A stretch of DNA of 64,000 nucleotides from Welwitschia mirabilis (lineage: Eukaryota). Made by a program: the position numbers and the translations under genes. This document shows, one piece after another, positions 26,401 through 41,018 of this stretch (position 1 is its first letter; the number at the start of each line of letters is the position of its first letter). The stretch is taken from positions 1,799,092 to 1,863,091 of the forward strand of contig JBOZIK010000001.1 in assembly GCA_051453625.1 (NCBI GenBank), read 5' to 3'. The notes under the pieces are model-generated. The model searched no databases. It had not been told where the DNA came from and saw only the letters and a list, made by a program, of their open reading frames with translations.

Positions 26401-29400
26401 TCCCATATGTCTAAAGAAATATCTAATATCTTTTTGTTTTTTAGGGGTTGATAGGTATGTGCTTAAAGAAACCCTTGTAGGATCTATTTAGATTCCTTCT
26501 TTAGAAATGATATGTTCTAAAACTATGCCTTGATTAACCACAAAATGGCATTTCTCCCAGTTGAGCACAAGACATTTTTTAATACATCACTTAAGGACAT
26601 GTTTCAAGTTATGTAAATAGTGATAAAAAGAGGTCTCATAGACCAAGAAGTCATCCATAAAGATTTCAACACCTAAATCTAATAAATCAAAGAATATTCC
26701 AATCATGCAACATTGGAAAGTAGTAGGTGCATTATGTAAAACAAAGGGCGTTTGTTTGTAGGTGAACATTTCATAGGGGCAGGTGAACATAGTTTTATCT
26801 TGGTCCTTAGAGGTAATTTAAATTTGATTATAACCCAAGTACCTACATAAGAAATAGTGAAATGCATGCCTTGTAAGTTGAACTAAGATTTATAAAATAA
26901 AGATAGAGTAAAGTGATCCTTTCTTAAGACAACATTTAATTTTTTGTCATCGATACAAATCCTTCATTTTACTATGGTTCTAGTAGGGATAATTTTGTTG
27001 TGCTTATTTGGGATAAGCATAATTCTTACTTTTTTAATCATAGTCTAAGTTGAACTCACCCATTTACTATCTGAAATAGGGTAGATAATCCTATTATCAA
27101 GAAGTCTAATCATATCATTTTTAACTACCTCATTTAAGATTAGATTTACTTGTATCTGGGCTTTTCTAAGCGGCTTGAAATTATCTTCTAAGTAAATATC
27201 ATGCATGAAAATCTTAGGATTAATGCTCCTAATATTTAAGAGGGTTTATTCTATTGTCTGCTTATTTTTCCTTAAGAGTTTAAGCAATAGAGATTCTTAA
27301 GATAGGATTAAGAAATAATTTATAACTACTAGAAAGGTGGAGTTATTTTCTAATAAAGCATATCTTAGATTATTTAGCAAAGGTTTAAGTTACAAGTTAA
27401 TTTTATTTTGAGCAATAGGAAATAATTCATAACAAAAATCTAAGTTATCATTTCCAGGAGAGTGAAAAGTAGGTTCCTGATTTTCAAAAAGGCTTTCTAT
27501 TGTATCCACATGTTTCATCCCTTTGTCATTTGATGTCAACTTTATAACATTAAAGATGTTTAGTTTTATTGTCATGTTGCTAAAGGAAAACTTCATTAAT
27601 ACATTCTTGTAATTGATTAAGGCATTTGAAGTTGCTAAAAATAATCTTCCTAAAATTATATCCACTAATTGATTTCTCAAGCTTTCCATGTCCAAAACCA
27701 CAAGATCCACTGGGAAGTAGCAACTATTAATCTTAATTAAAACATCCTTTATAACTCCTAATGGTGTTTTTACAAAATTGTTAGCTAATTATAATTGGAG
27801 TTTTATATTATTAAGTTCTTTCAAGCCTAACGCTTTATAGGTTCCATAGGAGAACAAGTTCATACTCGCACCTAAGACTAATAAAGCTTAATTGAGATGC
27901 TTATTTCCTATGGTTATTACAATTGTCAGGCACTTAGGATCTTTGAATTTAAGTGGAAATTAATTGTGCAGAATTACACTTATCTATTATACTTAGAAGG
28001 CCTTGCTCTTCATATTCATGCATCTTTTCATAGTGCACATGTTTTTAAGGAATTTCACATAGGAAGGTACTTGCTTAATGTCTTCTAGAAAATGGATGTT
28101 TACCTTCAGTTCCTTGAAAATTTGTAGGGCATCTAATTGTTTTTTCATTATGTTGTCCTTTTTAAGTTATTATGGAAAGGATAAGGATTCTTTGTATATA
28201 AGAAGAGGTTTTTCATTTCTATGCTTTTCTTTATTTTCTATAGGAATGTTTTCCCTTGGTTTTATTTTGCATAGATGGAGTTTTTAACTCTTTCCCACTC
28301 TTAAGTGTATGAAGTTAGTTTATTCTAAGTATTCTATATTTTTAGTAAACCTAAGTCCCTTTGGATTTGGTTGAGCACTCATGGAAAGTTCACTTTTTTC
28401 CCTTTGGTTTAGGGTAGAAAGGATTTGGATTTACCTTTGTTGAACTTTTTGGAGAACCTGGGTAATGGGGCTAATGGATTACATGTTCTATTCAAGGCTA
28501 TTTAATATTAAGTAGTGTTGTTTTAGTGATTGTTCATGGTTTTAATTTGGTTAAACTTGATTTTCCATGAACTTTCTGACTAAATCCTCGAAGGGGGTGA
28601 ATGAGAATGGTTTTTCATAATTAGAAGTGAAAGGATGAGAGGATGATTATGCATAATAGTTTTTTGACTAATTTTGTTTATCTTGTTTTCAAGACAAGTT
28701 AGGGTGATTTCTTCACTTGGGATTATATGTGTTTGAGTAAGCATCAATTTTGAGATTTTTTTCATTAGTATCCAATTGTGTTTACTTACTTATTAACTCT
28801 ATTTTAAAATAGGAAAGTAAAAGGACATTCAACTATTTCATGGATGTTAATATGATAAATTAGACATTTTGGATTAGCAATCATAGATGAAGATGAGGAT
28901 GACGCACTTAGGGATTCTAGTTTCCTTGTTAATTCATCTTTCTTAATGCTGACTTCAAAGTCTTTAGAATCCTTGAACATGCTTATAGACCTAATGAAAT
29001 AATGGGATTTAGATGTTCCAATGGGTTTCTTCCAAATTTTTAAACTTTTGGCTGCACTCTTAAGGTGTTCCCAAACTTTATTCAAAGGCATGCTAAGGAA
29101 GTTTTCCTTACTTATTATCTTTACTAATTAGTAGTTATTGGTGGATAGCCCATTATAAAAAGAACTTATCTTCCTCACTAGATTGAATCTATTTTGGAGA
29201 CACTTTTAAAACAAGTCTTTAAATCTTTTTAAGGGTTGGGAGAATGTTTCCTACTTTTTTATTTATAGTTTATGATTTCTTTTCTTAGGACATTCATTTT
29301 TTAATTGGAAAAGAATTTTAATATGAAAGCTTTATTAAGGTTGACTAGAGATCTTATGGAAAGGATTTTAGGATGTATAACCAATATTTCACTTTTTCTT

Positions 29401-30855
29401 TTAAAGAAAAAAGAAATAGAATAAGTTTAAGAGCATTATGAATGCTTGGATATTGAGAAATGGTTAATAGGAAATACTTGAATTCTTTTAGGTGAAGATA
29501 TAAGTCCTCAAACTCTAATCCATGGAAATGAGACATGGGTTGGATGGTTGAAGGCTTGAATTCTAGCCTCTAGCTTATAAACAGTAGAACAATGCATGAG
29601 GATGTTCTACACATTATGATTGGGAATAATCATAAAGGATTTGTTAAGTTATAATTTTGCCAAGTTGATGTCAAATTAACATTGTCTGGTATAGCAAAAT
29701 AATTTTTATTTCTTGTAGAAAATACTAATCCTTATAGGTTAGAAGCCACTAATATTTCTCATTACTTATGCTTGAACCTGATAAGCTACAAATCCTTAAG
29801 GGATCGAATTGGATTCCTAAGAAGTTGGCTAGACCTATATCAAAAAGTATCAAAACTATCAACTAGATTCATAAGGAGTTGACCGAACCTATACAAAAAA
29901 TTTATCAAATATTTTCATTGAGAGGTTGACTGGACTTAGGCTAAAAATGTTTTAACTTATGTGGTTGACTAGACTTGAACATATGAAATTAACTAAATCC
30001 CTAATGGGGTCGATTAAACTTGAAGACCTGAAGAAATCAGGTTGATTGAAAGAAGATGGAGTCGACTGACTTCAGTGATGGCACTCAATGAGGTCAACTG
30101 AACATTTGGAGGGATCGACTAGTTGTAATGGAAATGAATTTCTTAGTCTATTTTCTAGCCATTACCTTCCTATTTTTATTTATTGGAATATCATATTCAT
30201 TTGTAAAACCATAAAATATATCTTCTATATAAACCACAGCCATGAAAATCATGAGAAATCCTTGTGTGGTGAACCAAAATGAAAAAAACATCTTTTTACT
30301 ATTAGTTCTTTGGTCAATCGGATTAAACTATATATCCTTGGATTTGTGATATTATTTTTAGACAGTGTGGTACTATCTTTGCTATACTTCAGATCTGGTA
30401 AAACTTGTACATCTTAATATACTATTAACATCAAAAAACATTTCTTTAAAGGTTGAGATTGAGCCTTCTAGAGTCTAATTGTAAAGGTTACAGGTTAACC
30501 TAAAAAACCTGGAAAGTAATCAACAAGGCTCTAGATGAGTCTTAGATAGAAGTGGATTGCTAAGAGTGAAGTAGGAGATTTTCTAAACCACTATGAATCA
30601 TATGTTTAATGATCTCTTTTAGTATTTTTTAGTTTTAGTTATTTCTCTCTTTAAATTTTATACCTAGATAGATCTTTTGATGTTTTGTATGCATGAATAT
30701 TTTTCTAGTATTTAGTAATTTATCAAGATAGTTTTTCAATTTATTTTTAAATCCTATTTACCCCCTTATCTAGGGTTCTAAATATAACATTTGGTATCAG
30801 AGCTAGATTGAATCATTTATAGATCCTAACAGATCTTGAGCTTTGAACCCTAACT

Positions 30856-33800
30856 ATGAGTAATCCTTCTAATGGCCTCTCTATTAGAAGATCATCCATG
30901 TTTGATAAAACTAAATATGCTTACTAGAAGATTCAAATGATATTTTTCCTTAAATCCCAAATGTAGACATAGACGAGATTATCTAGAATGAATATGTTAT
31001 GCCCACTCTATCTAAAACTGATAATAATGAAATCACCATAATTATTGTGAAATATTAAGACTAATGGACCCCTACTGACAAAGCTAAGGTAATCATAGAT
31101 GCCCATTCTCTTAATGCTATTTTCTTTATAGCTTGTATAGATTACTTCAAGATGATTGTAAACTATCAACATGTCAAAGAATCTNNNNNNNNNNNNNNNN
31201 NNNNNNNNNNNNNNNNNNNNNNNNNNNNNNNNNNNNNNNNNNNNNNNNNNNNNNNNNAGTTTAAAGATATTTAAATGGAAGAATAAGAGACTCTATAAGA
31301 GTTATTTGCTAAACTAATATACATATTAAACTCTATAGCAAGTCTAAGGGAGAAAAGAGACAAAGGAAAAGTAGTAAGAAAAGTTCTAAGACATCTTTCA
31401 AAACACTTTGAGTTAAAGGTTATAGCCATTAAGGAAAGTAAAAACATCAATTAAATGATACTAGAAAAGTTTCAAAGTACTCTTAAAACTTATGAATTAA
31501 AGTTTTTTAAAGACAAAAAGAAAAGTATTACATTAAAAAGTGTAGGAAGAGTCTAGATTTNNNNNNNNNNNNNNNNNNNNNNNNNNNNNNNNNNNNNNNN
31601 NNNNNNNNNNNNNNNNNNNNNNNNNNNNNNNNNNNNNNNNNNNNNNNNNNNNNNNNNNNNGAAAAGTCTTGCATTAAAAAGTGTGTAGGAAGAGTCTAGA
31701 TTTGAAAAATTAGATGAAGACCTTAATGAAGATGAGGATTCTCTTTTGGTAAGAAGATTTAAAAAATTCTTGCATAGAAGAAAGAAAGATGTTAAACCAA
31801 ATAAGTAACCAAGGAGGGATCATTCCAAATTAAGAAGAGATCTAGAAAAGGAAAGGGAGATCCAATGCTATGTATGTAACGAATATGCACATGTTATAAA
31901 CAAATGTCCAAATAAAAGTAGAGATAAGAGGAAGTCTAAGACATTATCCATCATTCCCACTTGAGATAATGTAGATGAAGAAAAAGATAGTAGCTTAAGT
32001 TAAAAGTTAGATGAAGACAGAAGACTTTCCTTCATGGTAATAGTCCGTTCTATGAAGAACATGCCTTACTTAACTAAATGAGATGATATAGATCTTATTA
32101 AATAAGATCAAAAGGAGCTAGAAGATACTTGCCAAGGAATCTATTCAACATGTGAAAATTGGCAAAGTGAATCAATGAGTTAAATAAGATAGTGAAGGCT
32201 CTGAACAAGGAAAAACAAGAGTTAAAGACAAAGTACAAGATGGTTTATACAAAAAACACTGAGCTAACCCAAGAGCTTAAAAGCTTATCTCATTTTATAA
32301 ATAAATTTTCAAATAGATTAAGTAAATTGGAACAAATTCTTAGAATACGAAGGCTAGTCCATGAAAGGTATTGGCTTCATCTCTCAAAAACCATGCAATT
32401 AATTGAATAATGTAATATGATAGAATAACTCTATGTTAAAGATTACATGTTATTTTTATGAAAATATAGATAATGCAAAATTATTTTGTAATGTTAGAAA
32501 TATAATGCTCTTTTCAAACTCTATTAGTACTTTTCTATTTAAATTTGTCCCAAGGGGATATGTGCCATAATAGTCTAAATGAACTAAGTGTGTAAGGCTA
32601 ATAATTTAAAAAGTTTATTGATCCAACCAGCATTTAAAGTATCAAATGGAACTTATCAGTACATGGATAGTGGTTTTTCTCAGCACATGATAGGTTCCAA
32701 CATTTGGATGACTTTGATGGAGGAGAAGTAAAGTTTGACAACAACAAAAAAGCAAAAATTGAAGGCATTGAAAGCATCAGTAAAGGTAACATGCCTAAAA
32801 TTAATGAAGTTTTATATATGAATGGTCTTAAACATAATTTACTAAGTATTAGACAGATTTATAATAAATATCATAAAGTTATTTTTAATAGTCAAAAATA
32901 TAAAATTAAATGTGGTAAAATAAATGACGTTCTTCTTAAAGAAAATAGAATAGACAACATTTGTAGCATAGATCAATCTTTATCTACATGTTATTTTTAC
33001 CATATAAATTAAGAATTATTATGATACTAATAGTTAGGACATGTAAACTATGATTATCTCAAAATCATCATTAAAAAGGAGATCATAAAAGAAATCTCCA
33101 AGATTAATATTGATATACATGAACTATGTTATACTGTTAAAAAGGAAAACAAATCAAGACTTCTCATAAAAGTAAAAACTTAGTCTCCACAACAATGCCA
33201 CTTAAACTCATTCACATGGATTTAGTTGATCTTGTCTAAACTAAAATTCTAGGAGGAAGACAATATTTCTTAACTATGGTAGATAAATTTTATAAATTTA
33301 CTTAGATTTCCTTCTTAGGAAACAAAGTTAAAACTTTAAAAGTTGTGTTGAAATATGTAACAAAATCCAAAATGAAAAAGAATACACTATTAAAAGAGTT
33401 ACAAGTGATCATGGAGGAGATTTCAAAAATCATCTTTTTGAGAAATATTATATGGACAATGGTATAGAACATCTGTTTTTAGCTTTAAAGGCTTGTAACA
33501 AAATGGAACTACAGAAAGAAAAAATTAAGTCCTTCAAGAGATGGTTAAAGCAATGCTAAATGATAAGGAAGTTCCTAAAACATTTTGGTTGAAGAAGTAA
33601 GTACCGCATGCTACATTATGAACAAACTCTATCTAAGACCAAGTATTAATAAAACCCCTATGAACTCTGGAAAGGAAGAAAACCAATGTTTGATATTTTA
33701 AGATCTTTGGAAGTAAATGCATTATCTTAAAAGATAGAGAACATTTGAGCAAATTGGAGTTCATAGCTAATGAAGCAATTGTTTTAGGATATTAAACTAG

Positions 33801-35636
33801 AAGTAGATCCTACCAAGTTTTTAAAAAATGAAGTGTGCTAGTGGAAGAATCCATAAAATTCAAATACAANNNNNNNNNNNNNNNNNNNNNNNNNNNNNNN
33901 NNNNNNNNNNNNNNNNNNNNNNNNNNNNNNNNNNNNNNNNNNNNNNNNNNNNNNNNNNNNNNNNNNNNNNNNNNNNNNNNNNNNNNNNNNNNNNNNNNNN
34001 NNNNNNNNNNNNNNNNNNNNNNNNNNNNNNNNNNNNNNNNNNNNNNNNNNNNNNNNNNNNNNNNNNNNNNNNNNNNNNNNNNNNNNNNNNNATTATATTT
34101 TTCAAATTTAACCCTAAAAGTTTGAAGAGGCCAAATCTCTTAAAGGATGGATGATGTCTATGCAAGAAGTACTTCAACTATTTAAAAGAAATTATGTTTG
34201 GAAACTTGTAAAAAAACTAGAAGATTGAAATGTAATTGGAATAAAATGGATCTTTAAGAACAAGTGTGATAAACACAATAATATGATTAAGAACAAGGCA
34301 AGATTAGAGGCCCAGAGATACAACCAAATTGAAGGAATATATGTACAAGATACATTTACTCTAGTGGCTAGATTCAATAATATTAAAATGTTTCTCTTCT
34401 ATGCAGTTTTTAGAAATTGCAAAGTTTTTTAGATGGATGTGAAAGTGCCTTTTTAACTAAAATTCTCAATGAAGAAGTTTATGTAAAACAACCACAAGGT
34501 TTCATAGATTAACACAAACCAAACCATGTCTATATACCTAAAAAGGCTTTGTATGATTTAAAATCAGCTCTAAGGCTTGTTATGAAAAACTAGTAACATT
34601 TCTTAAAGAAATTCGTTACACCCATGAAGCTATGGATAAAAATATCTTTATCAAAAATCTTAAAAAGGACTTTATCATCATTCAAATATATTTTGACAAC
34701 ATAATTTTCGGAGCCTCAAAAGAAGATCTCTTAAAAGACTTCACTAGAATTATGACTACACAATTTGAAATGAGTATGCTAAGTGAAGTTCATATTTTTT
34801 TTGGTCTTCAAATTAAACCAAAAAAAATGGAATTTTTATCTCTTAATCTAAATACTCAAGGAACTTGATCAAGTGATTTGGACTAAAAAATGCAAAATCA
34901 ACTAACACAGTTATATCAACTTCATTTAAGATAAGTCTTAATGATCATGGGAAATCTATGGACCAAAAGCTTTATAAAGGTATGATAGAAAGTCTATTAT
35001 ATTTAATCACAAGTAGAACTAACATAATATTTAGTATTGCTATATGTGCAAGATATCAGACTTAACCAAAGAAAGCACACCTCCAAGTTGTCAAAAAGAT
35101 TATAAGATATATAAAAGACACAAGTTACTATGGGCTATAGTATCCTATAGAAACTTCCTTTGAGCTTGTAGATTTTAGTGATGCAAACTGAACTGGTTGT
35201 AAAGATGATCAAAAAAGTACTAGTGGAAATTGGTTTCTTCTAGGATCATGCTTGATAAAATGGACAAGTAAGAAGTAAAATTCTATCTTCCTTTTAATAG
35301 CAAAATTAGAACACTTAGCAACAAGAAGTTATTGTACCCATTTTCTATGGATGAAGGAAATTATTAAAGACTTTGGAGTTAATTTTAAATAGGTTCCAAT
35401 CTTTTGTGATGATATTAGTATAATAAATATCTAAAAAAACTCTATTTAATATTCTCAAACTAAACATATTAGACTAAGACATTATTTCCTTAGAGATCAA
35501 GTAGAAAAGGCAATATTTCTATAAACTTTATAAGCACTAATAAATAACTAGATGATATTTCCATAAAACCTTGAACTTTGATAACTTTTTAAGACTTCAT
35601 TATGAATTGGTAGTTGTTTCTTCATCCTCTATTTAA
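30856..35636 (+). pseudogene. Degenerate Copia gag-PR-INT-RT-RH of Sirevirus 1
   Basis: gag start MSNPSNG..MFDKTKYAY; knuckle CYVCNEYAHVINKC (~31865); PR YMDSGFSQHM (~32660); INT LIHMDL and SDHGGDF; RT IQIYFDNIIFG; RH FSDAN*TGCKDDQKSTSG. Confidence 0.88.
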
Positions 35637-36017
35637 AAGTAGGATGGTTGACTAGATCTTTCATTCAGTTAACCAAATTTAAAGAAGTCAAGTCGACTGA
35701 ATTTTATCTGGTCACCTGCTCTTTTCTAAATCAGTCCTAAACCTAGTGTAGTTAAGTAGACTAAAGTCCTGATCAACTAGATCTAGAATTAGTTCAACCC
35801 AAATCTCAATGAGTTGATCATATCATAATTCAGTCGACTAGACATATAAGATTATAGTGTGGAAGAAAGGCAGTGGATCCAATGTTTTTCTCTCTCAAAT
35901 CCAACTTAATTGTCCCTCTTTTATAAAATCTTATAGAGTCCTAACTTTCTCACTCCCACCTGTCTATCTATCTCTCTTAGATATAGCTATTTTATTTTAA
36001 TTTTTTATCTTTAATAA

Positions 36018-37048
36018 ATGCCACATGTTGTCAAAATGGGAGAGAGTCCCTCTCGAAGAGCTTATCAGAAGGATCCAGCAAGAAGAAATATAGGATATTT
36101 TTACTCTAGAATGTTAGATGAAACCCTAAACAAATTCAGTGAAAAGTTTGATAAGAAGCCTGTCTATTAATAGAGGATAGTAGCATTAAGAAAACTCAAA
36201 GAGCTGAGGAATGTGATAAGACTTCTAAATGATTTATATCTTTCTTACTTTTTTTAGATTTTTAAGTTAGCCTATCATTTTCTTACCTATATGTTATACT
36301 ATAATGCTTCTTTTGATGTGAATTTCCCTACCCTTGCTACTGTTATTTTTGGAGAAAGAATTTAAGGTATTGTAGATTTGATAGTCTCCCTTATAAATCT
36401 CCTTAGAGGAAATTGGCCCTTGCATGAATCCATGAAGGATAAGATGGAGGTCACTAGGGAATTATGTGGAAAGCTCAGTTGGTGAAAAACCACTCTTTCC
36501 ACCTCTCATCTTATCCTAAAATTTTATTTAGTTTTTACTTACAACTTTTTACCTTTTGCTAGTTATTGTAATAATACCTCAAACTATTATGCCAATTTGT
36601 TGTACTTGGTAGGAACTCATCATTCCATTGATTCTTCTATAATTATTCTTAAAAATACGATCTCTAAATTAGAATATAATAAAATGAGGGCTCTTTCTTA
36701 CTCCATCTTGATCACTAATATCTGTTGCCATTTTAGGATCTAAATGCATCCCAATATTGAAATGTTAACTCCTATATTGTCCATTGGGTGTGCTACTCTA
36801 TCCCGCATGCACATTTTCTCTAGATCTAAGAAATATTTGAAGTCTTCTTCTCTAAAGTAGACCTCCCTTGAAGATATTTTATTATACCTTAAAAGGCTAG
36901 ATTCTCACACTTAGTACATTAAAGAGGTATTCATTGCAATAGGGTATGAGATTGAAGATACTTTAGGGAAGCCAGTAGCTATTCTCAAAAGGTGGCTAAA
37001 GAAGAAGAAGAAGAAGAATCTAAGGAGGAGGAAGAAGAATTAGATTAA
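36018..37048 (+). pseudogene. Degenerate extra (env-like position) ORF of Sirevirus 1
   Basis: Lies between RNaseH and the PPT, has an acidic EEEE C-terminus, and is collinear with 53250-54300. Confidence 0.7.
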
Positions 37049-39669
37049 TTGCATTGTTTCTCTATTGTCTTTTTATTGTTCTAGTCTTTATCTTGTTACT
37101 TTCCTGTTTCTATCCTTTGTTATTAATGCTAAAATGGGGAGAATTAAGGTTTACAAAATTAGTTACTATCAATTGCTATCTTATGTTAATTATTATTGTA
37201 AGTTATTTTCACATGAGTATTTTTCAAATGTAGTACTTAAAAGGATGGTTAATAAAAATGCATTCTATATCATTTGTCTTGTCTCTTAATGAATATTATA
37301 TTTTCCATAAACTATACTTTCATTTTTTTTTAATGTCTCTTTTTAGAAAGCCATTATGAATGCTTGATTTGTACAAACATGAGAAATAATATTTCATGTA
37401 TCTAAATGGGTAATTTTTTGAGGGAAGTTATCAAATTAATATTTCCAAATAAGTATAGTTTACCATTAATGTCAAACAAGGAGATTATTAAGTTATAATT
37501 TTATCAAGTTAAGGTTAAACTATTATTATTTAGTATAGCAAAATATGTTGTATTTTTTGCAAAAAATATCAATCCTTACAAGTCAGAAGCTATCAACATT
37601 TTTTACTACCTACGCTTGAACCTGATAAGTTATAAGGAATCAACTAGATTCCTAAGGGTTTAATTAGATTTGTATCAAAAAGTGTTAAAACCAATTTATT
37701 AATAGGTTAATTGGATTCATAAGGGATTAACTAGACTTGTATAAAAATTTATCAAATCTATTCATTAAGGGATCGACTACATGTTTGAGGGGTCGACTAG
37801 ACCTAGGCTAAAAATGTTTCAACTATTTTTTCAAATGGGTTCAACTAGACTAAAATGTGATCAATTAGACTTGGACATATGTAGTTGACTAGAACCCTAA
37901 TGGGGTCAACTATACTTGGAAATACGAAGAACTGAGGTCGACTAGAAGAAGATGGAGCTAATCGACTTTAGTGACAACACTTAATGGGTTGACTGGATAT
38001 TTTAAGGGGTTAATTAGTTATGATGGAAAAAAAATTTATCAGTCTATTTCCTAGCCATTGCCTTTCTATTTTTATCCATTAGAATATTAGATTCACTTGC
38101 AAAATCCTAAAATCTATCTTCTATATAAATCATAGCCATCAAAATTATGAGAAATCCTTATGTGGTGGACCAAAATTAAAAAAACCATCTTTTTACTATC
38201 AATTCTTTGGTCAATTGGATTGTACTAAATGTACTTGAATTTGTTAAATCATTTTTAGATAGTGTGTTATTATCATTTCTGTACTTCAGATTTGGTAAAG
38301 ATTGTGCATCTTGGCATACTATTAACACCAACAATCATATCTTCAAAGGTTGAGACTAAGCCTTTAAAGGTCTAATTATAAAGTTTATAAGTTAACCTAA
38401 GAAACATGAAAAGTAAGCAATAAGGACATCAATTAACTTTGAGTAGAAGCTAATTACTGAGAGTGGAGTAGGAGATTTCTTGAAGTACTATAGATCATGT
38501 GTCTAATAATGTCTTGCAATATTCTCTAGTTTTAGTTATTTCTCTCTTTAGATTTTATACCTAGATATATCTTTTGATTATTGCATATGCACAAACATTT
38601 TTACTATATTTAATATTTTATTAAGAGAGTTTCTTCAATTTATTTTTAAATCCTACTCACCCCTTCTATGGTTATAAATCCAATAAGATTTGCCTAGGCT
38701 AATTTATATTAATAACAACAACAATAGTAATTATTGTTTGGCTACCTCTTAAGTAACATAGTAGGCTATTATGCAGGAATAAAGGTTTTGAAAGATTTGA
38801 CTTCTAAAATTATGTTTTTTAAATCTTGATGTTGTTATTATTGGAATGTAAGATTTTATTAATTATTTTTTGGATTACCTTAAGAGGAGGAGGCTTGTTC
38901 TTATTGGAAATCTTTAAGGGGTTGGTTTCCATTTTAGGATCTTAGTTTTACATTCTTTTATGATTGTTAAAAGGGTTCGTATTATTAAAAATTAGTCTTT
39001 CAGATTCATTGTAGGTTCAATGCATATGAGTAGGATTTGATTTATATTTTTACAGAGGCTATAAGTTATAGAGGTTTATACAAAAGGTTTAATTAAAAAA
39101 TCAAGATGTTTTAGGTAGAAATGATGGCAATGCTAGTGAGAATAGATGGCAGCATCGATTTTATTTTAAAATATAGTTTTAGTTTTTATATAGAGGTTTA
39201 TAGGACACATGCATAATTATTACCATAATAGGATTATAAAGAAATAAAGCTGAAATAAAAAATGTAAAAAAAATCAAATTAAATTGTGGAAAAAAGGATT
39301 TTAATGTTTCACTCATAGTGAAAACATAGAATAGAAACTCAAAAATGTAAAGTTATTAAAATTTTTAAGTTTTTAATCCTAAGATAAATTGTAACAAAAC
39401 ATTAGACCTATACAAAACAAGTTAGAAAACAAACTTTAAAGCAAGCTATACCAATATGGATTTCATTAGAATGACTAGTACCAACCCTAGAAGAAAATTG
39501 AAGAAACACACAAAAGAAAAAGGAAAATGAACTAGTTTGAATATCATTAGAGAGAACTAGTACCCACCAATAGAAAAAGGAAAAATATGTATAAAAAATT
39601 ACAAAAAAATAAATTAGTACTCCTCTGAGTTACTACCATACCATTATCCCCCTCAACTATACTAAAATC

Positions 39670-41018
39670 TGTTTGGTGTTTTACAATGCCTAGATTTAAA
39701 ACTAAGTTTGCACTTAGTTATTATTCCTCCTTAGGGATAATATGGATAATGGTTTAGAATTTTTACTTAGTAAACTTAATGCAAGTTACAAAATTTAAGA
39801 AAAGAAAAGAAGAGAAAGAGGTAATTTTAGAGTTTAAGTTGAAACTTTAACTTGAGAGAGAAGGGAAACAAGCTGACTTGAAGGTATCACCAGCCTATTT
39901 TCAAGAAATTCTTCAGTCTAATATTATCTAATTCCTTCTTGTAATATATTTAAAACCATCAAGTGTTTTTGACCTAAATCATGGTCACATTATCTCATTT
40001 ATTATATGAGTAATGGTGAACTTAATTACCACTTGATCTTCAAAGCCTTAAATAATAAGAGAAAGTAAGAACCCTAAGTACTTAATATTTATGAAGTTAA
40101 AAGAATTAGATCAAGCATTTAAAATAGATTACTCAAATATAATAAAGCTTAATAATTAAATTTCTTCCTAAATATTTCAAATATAAAATAACTCATGATT
40201 CAAAATAAAAGGAAAATAACTTATATATTAAAAAAATAAAAGCACTTTATAACAATAGAAGAAAGATGCCAAAATAACTTAACAATTCTCAAAGACTAGC
40301 TCACTCCATTAAAGAGTTACTGAGAAAGCCATTGGAACTGACACTCCAAAGTTCTAGAATTCTCTAAAGCCAAAAGATGATACAATGAATGGTTTAAGAT
40401 CTTTTTATAGGGAGAGATGGAATGAGGGATATTACAAGTCCTTGACTTGTAGAATTAGGTGGATGGTTACATAACTATAACATCAAGTAGTACTGTTTGT
40501 CTTCTTTTCTAATTGATAGAATTTCTGATGATGCCAACACTTAAATCCTGGATGCTGCAACTACTATCAACTGCTATCAATGTCATGTATCTCCATTGTC
40601 ATCCTACTTAACACTATCAAATGTTACTTTGTGAGTCCTTGTCATCATTGCTACATGTCATCAAGAATAAAATTTATTTCTAATTTGGAATTTGACTAAG
40701 TCCATAACTACATTTAATTTAACTTTCTATGATAACTCAAAAATGTGAGATTTGATGTATTTAGCATAGAAGAACTAACATTATTAGTAATCTTAGATGA
40801 TAACACTAATGTTTTAACTCTACTAATCTTTATTTTAAGAAATGTCCTTTGATTTATCATAAGTATCATGAAAATGTCATGAGAACTCCATAAGTCCATA
40901 ATTAATGTAAAAATTAATAGAATACATAGTTTTATGATAACATCTATTACTTTAATATCTTCCATTAGGATTAATTAGTTATCTAACTTGATCATAATAT
41001 CAATTTTACATGTTAATA
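39670..41018 (-). repeat. 5' LTR (LTR B) of Athila copy 1
   Basis: TGTTTGG...TGTTAATA, adjacent to the PBS remnant on one side and the TSD on the other. Confidence 0.9.

Larger units (their letters stand above)
29642..38685 (+). mobile_element. Full-length decayed Sirevirus (SIRE/Maximus-like Ty1/Copia) element 1
   Basis: LTRs 29642-30789 and 37486-38685. Intact PBS TGGTATCAGAGC at 30792-30803. PPT ...AAGGAGAT before 37486. TSD GGATT/AGATT. U5 end CCTATTTACCCCC..TCTAGG. Extra ORF after RNaseH. Confidence 0.9.
24600..39025 (-). pseudogene. Degenerate Athila gag-PR-RT-RH-INT (interrupted by Sirevirus 29642-38685)
   Basis: gag FHGLEFEDLYLHLKEF (~29500); protease ALLVLGASMNL (~27870); RT EIFMDDFLVY (~26650); RNaseH IYYASKT (~26140); integrase HTQTSGQVEVMNREI (~25100). 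Many stops and frameshifts; outer limits approximate. Confidence 0.85.
22040..41018 (-). mobile_element. Full-length decayed Athila-like Gypsy element (copy 1) with two LTRs and TSD TTATG
   Basis: LTRs 22040-23413 and 39670-41018. TTATG at 22035-22039 and 41019-41023. Minus-strand PPT at about 23414-23425. Decayed Asp-type PBS at about 39647-39664. Gypsy domain order on the minus strand. Confidence 0.9.

Noticed and set aside
37690-38000. Semi-regularly spaced short repeats resembling a CRISPR array
   Set aside because: Degenerate, irregular motifs inside Sirevirus LTRs of a plant genome; no cas genes.
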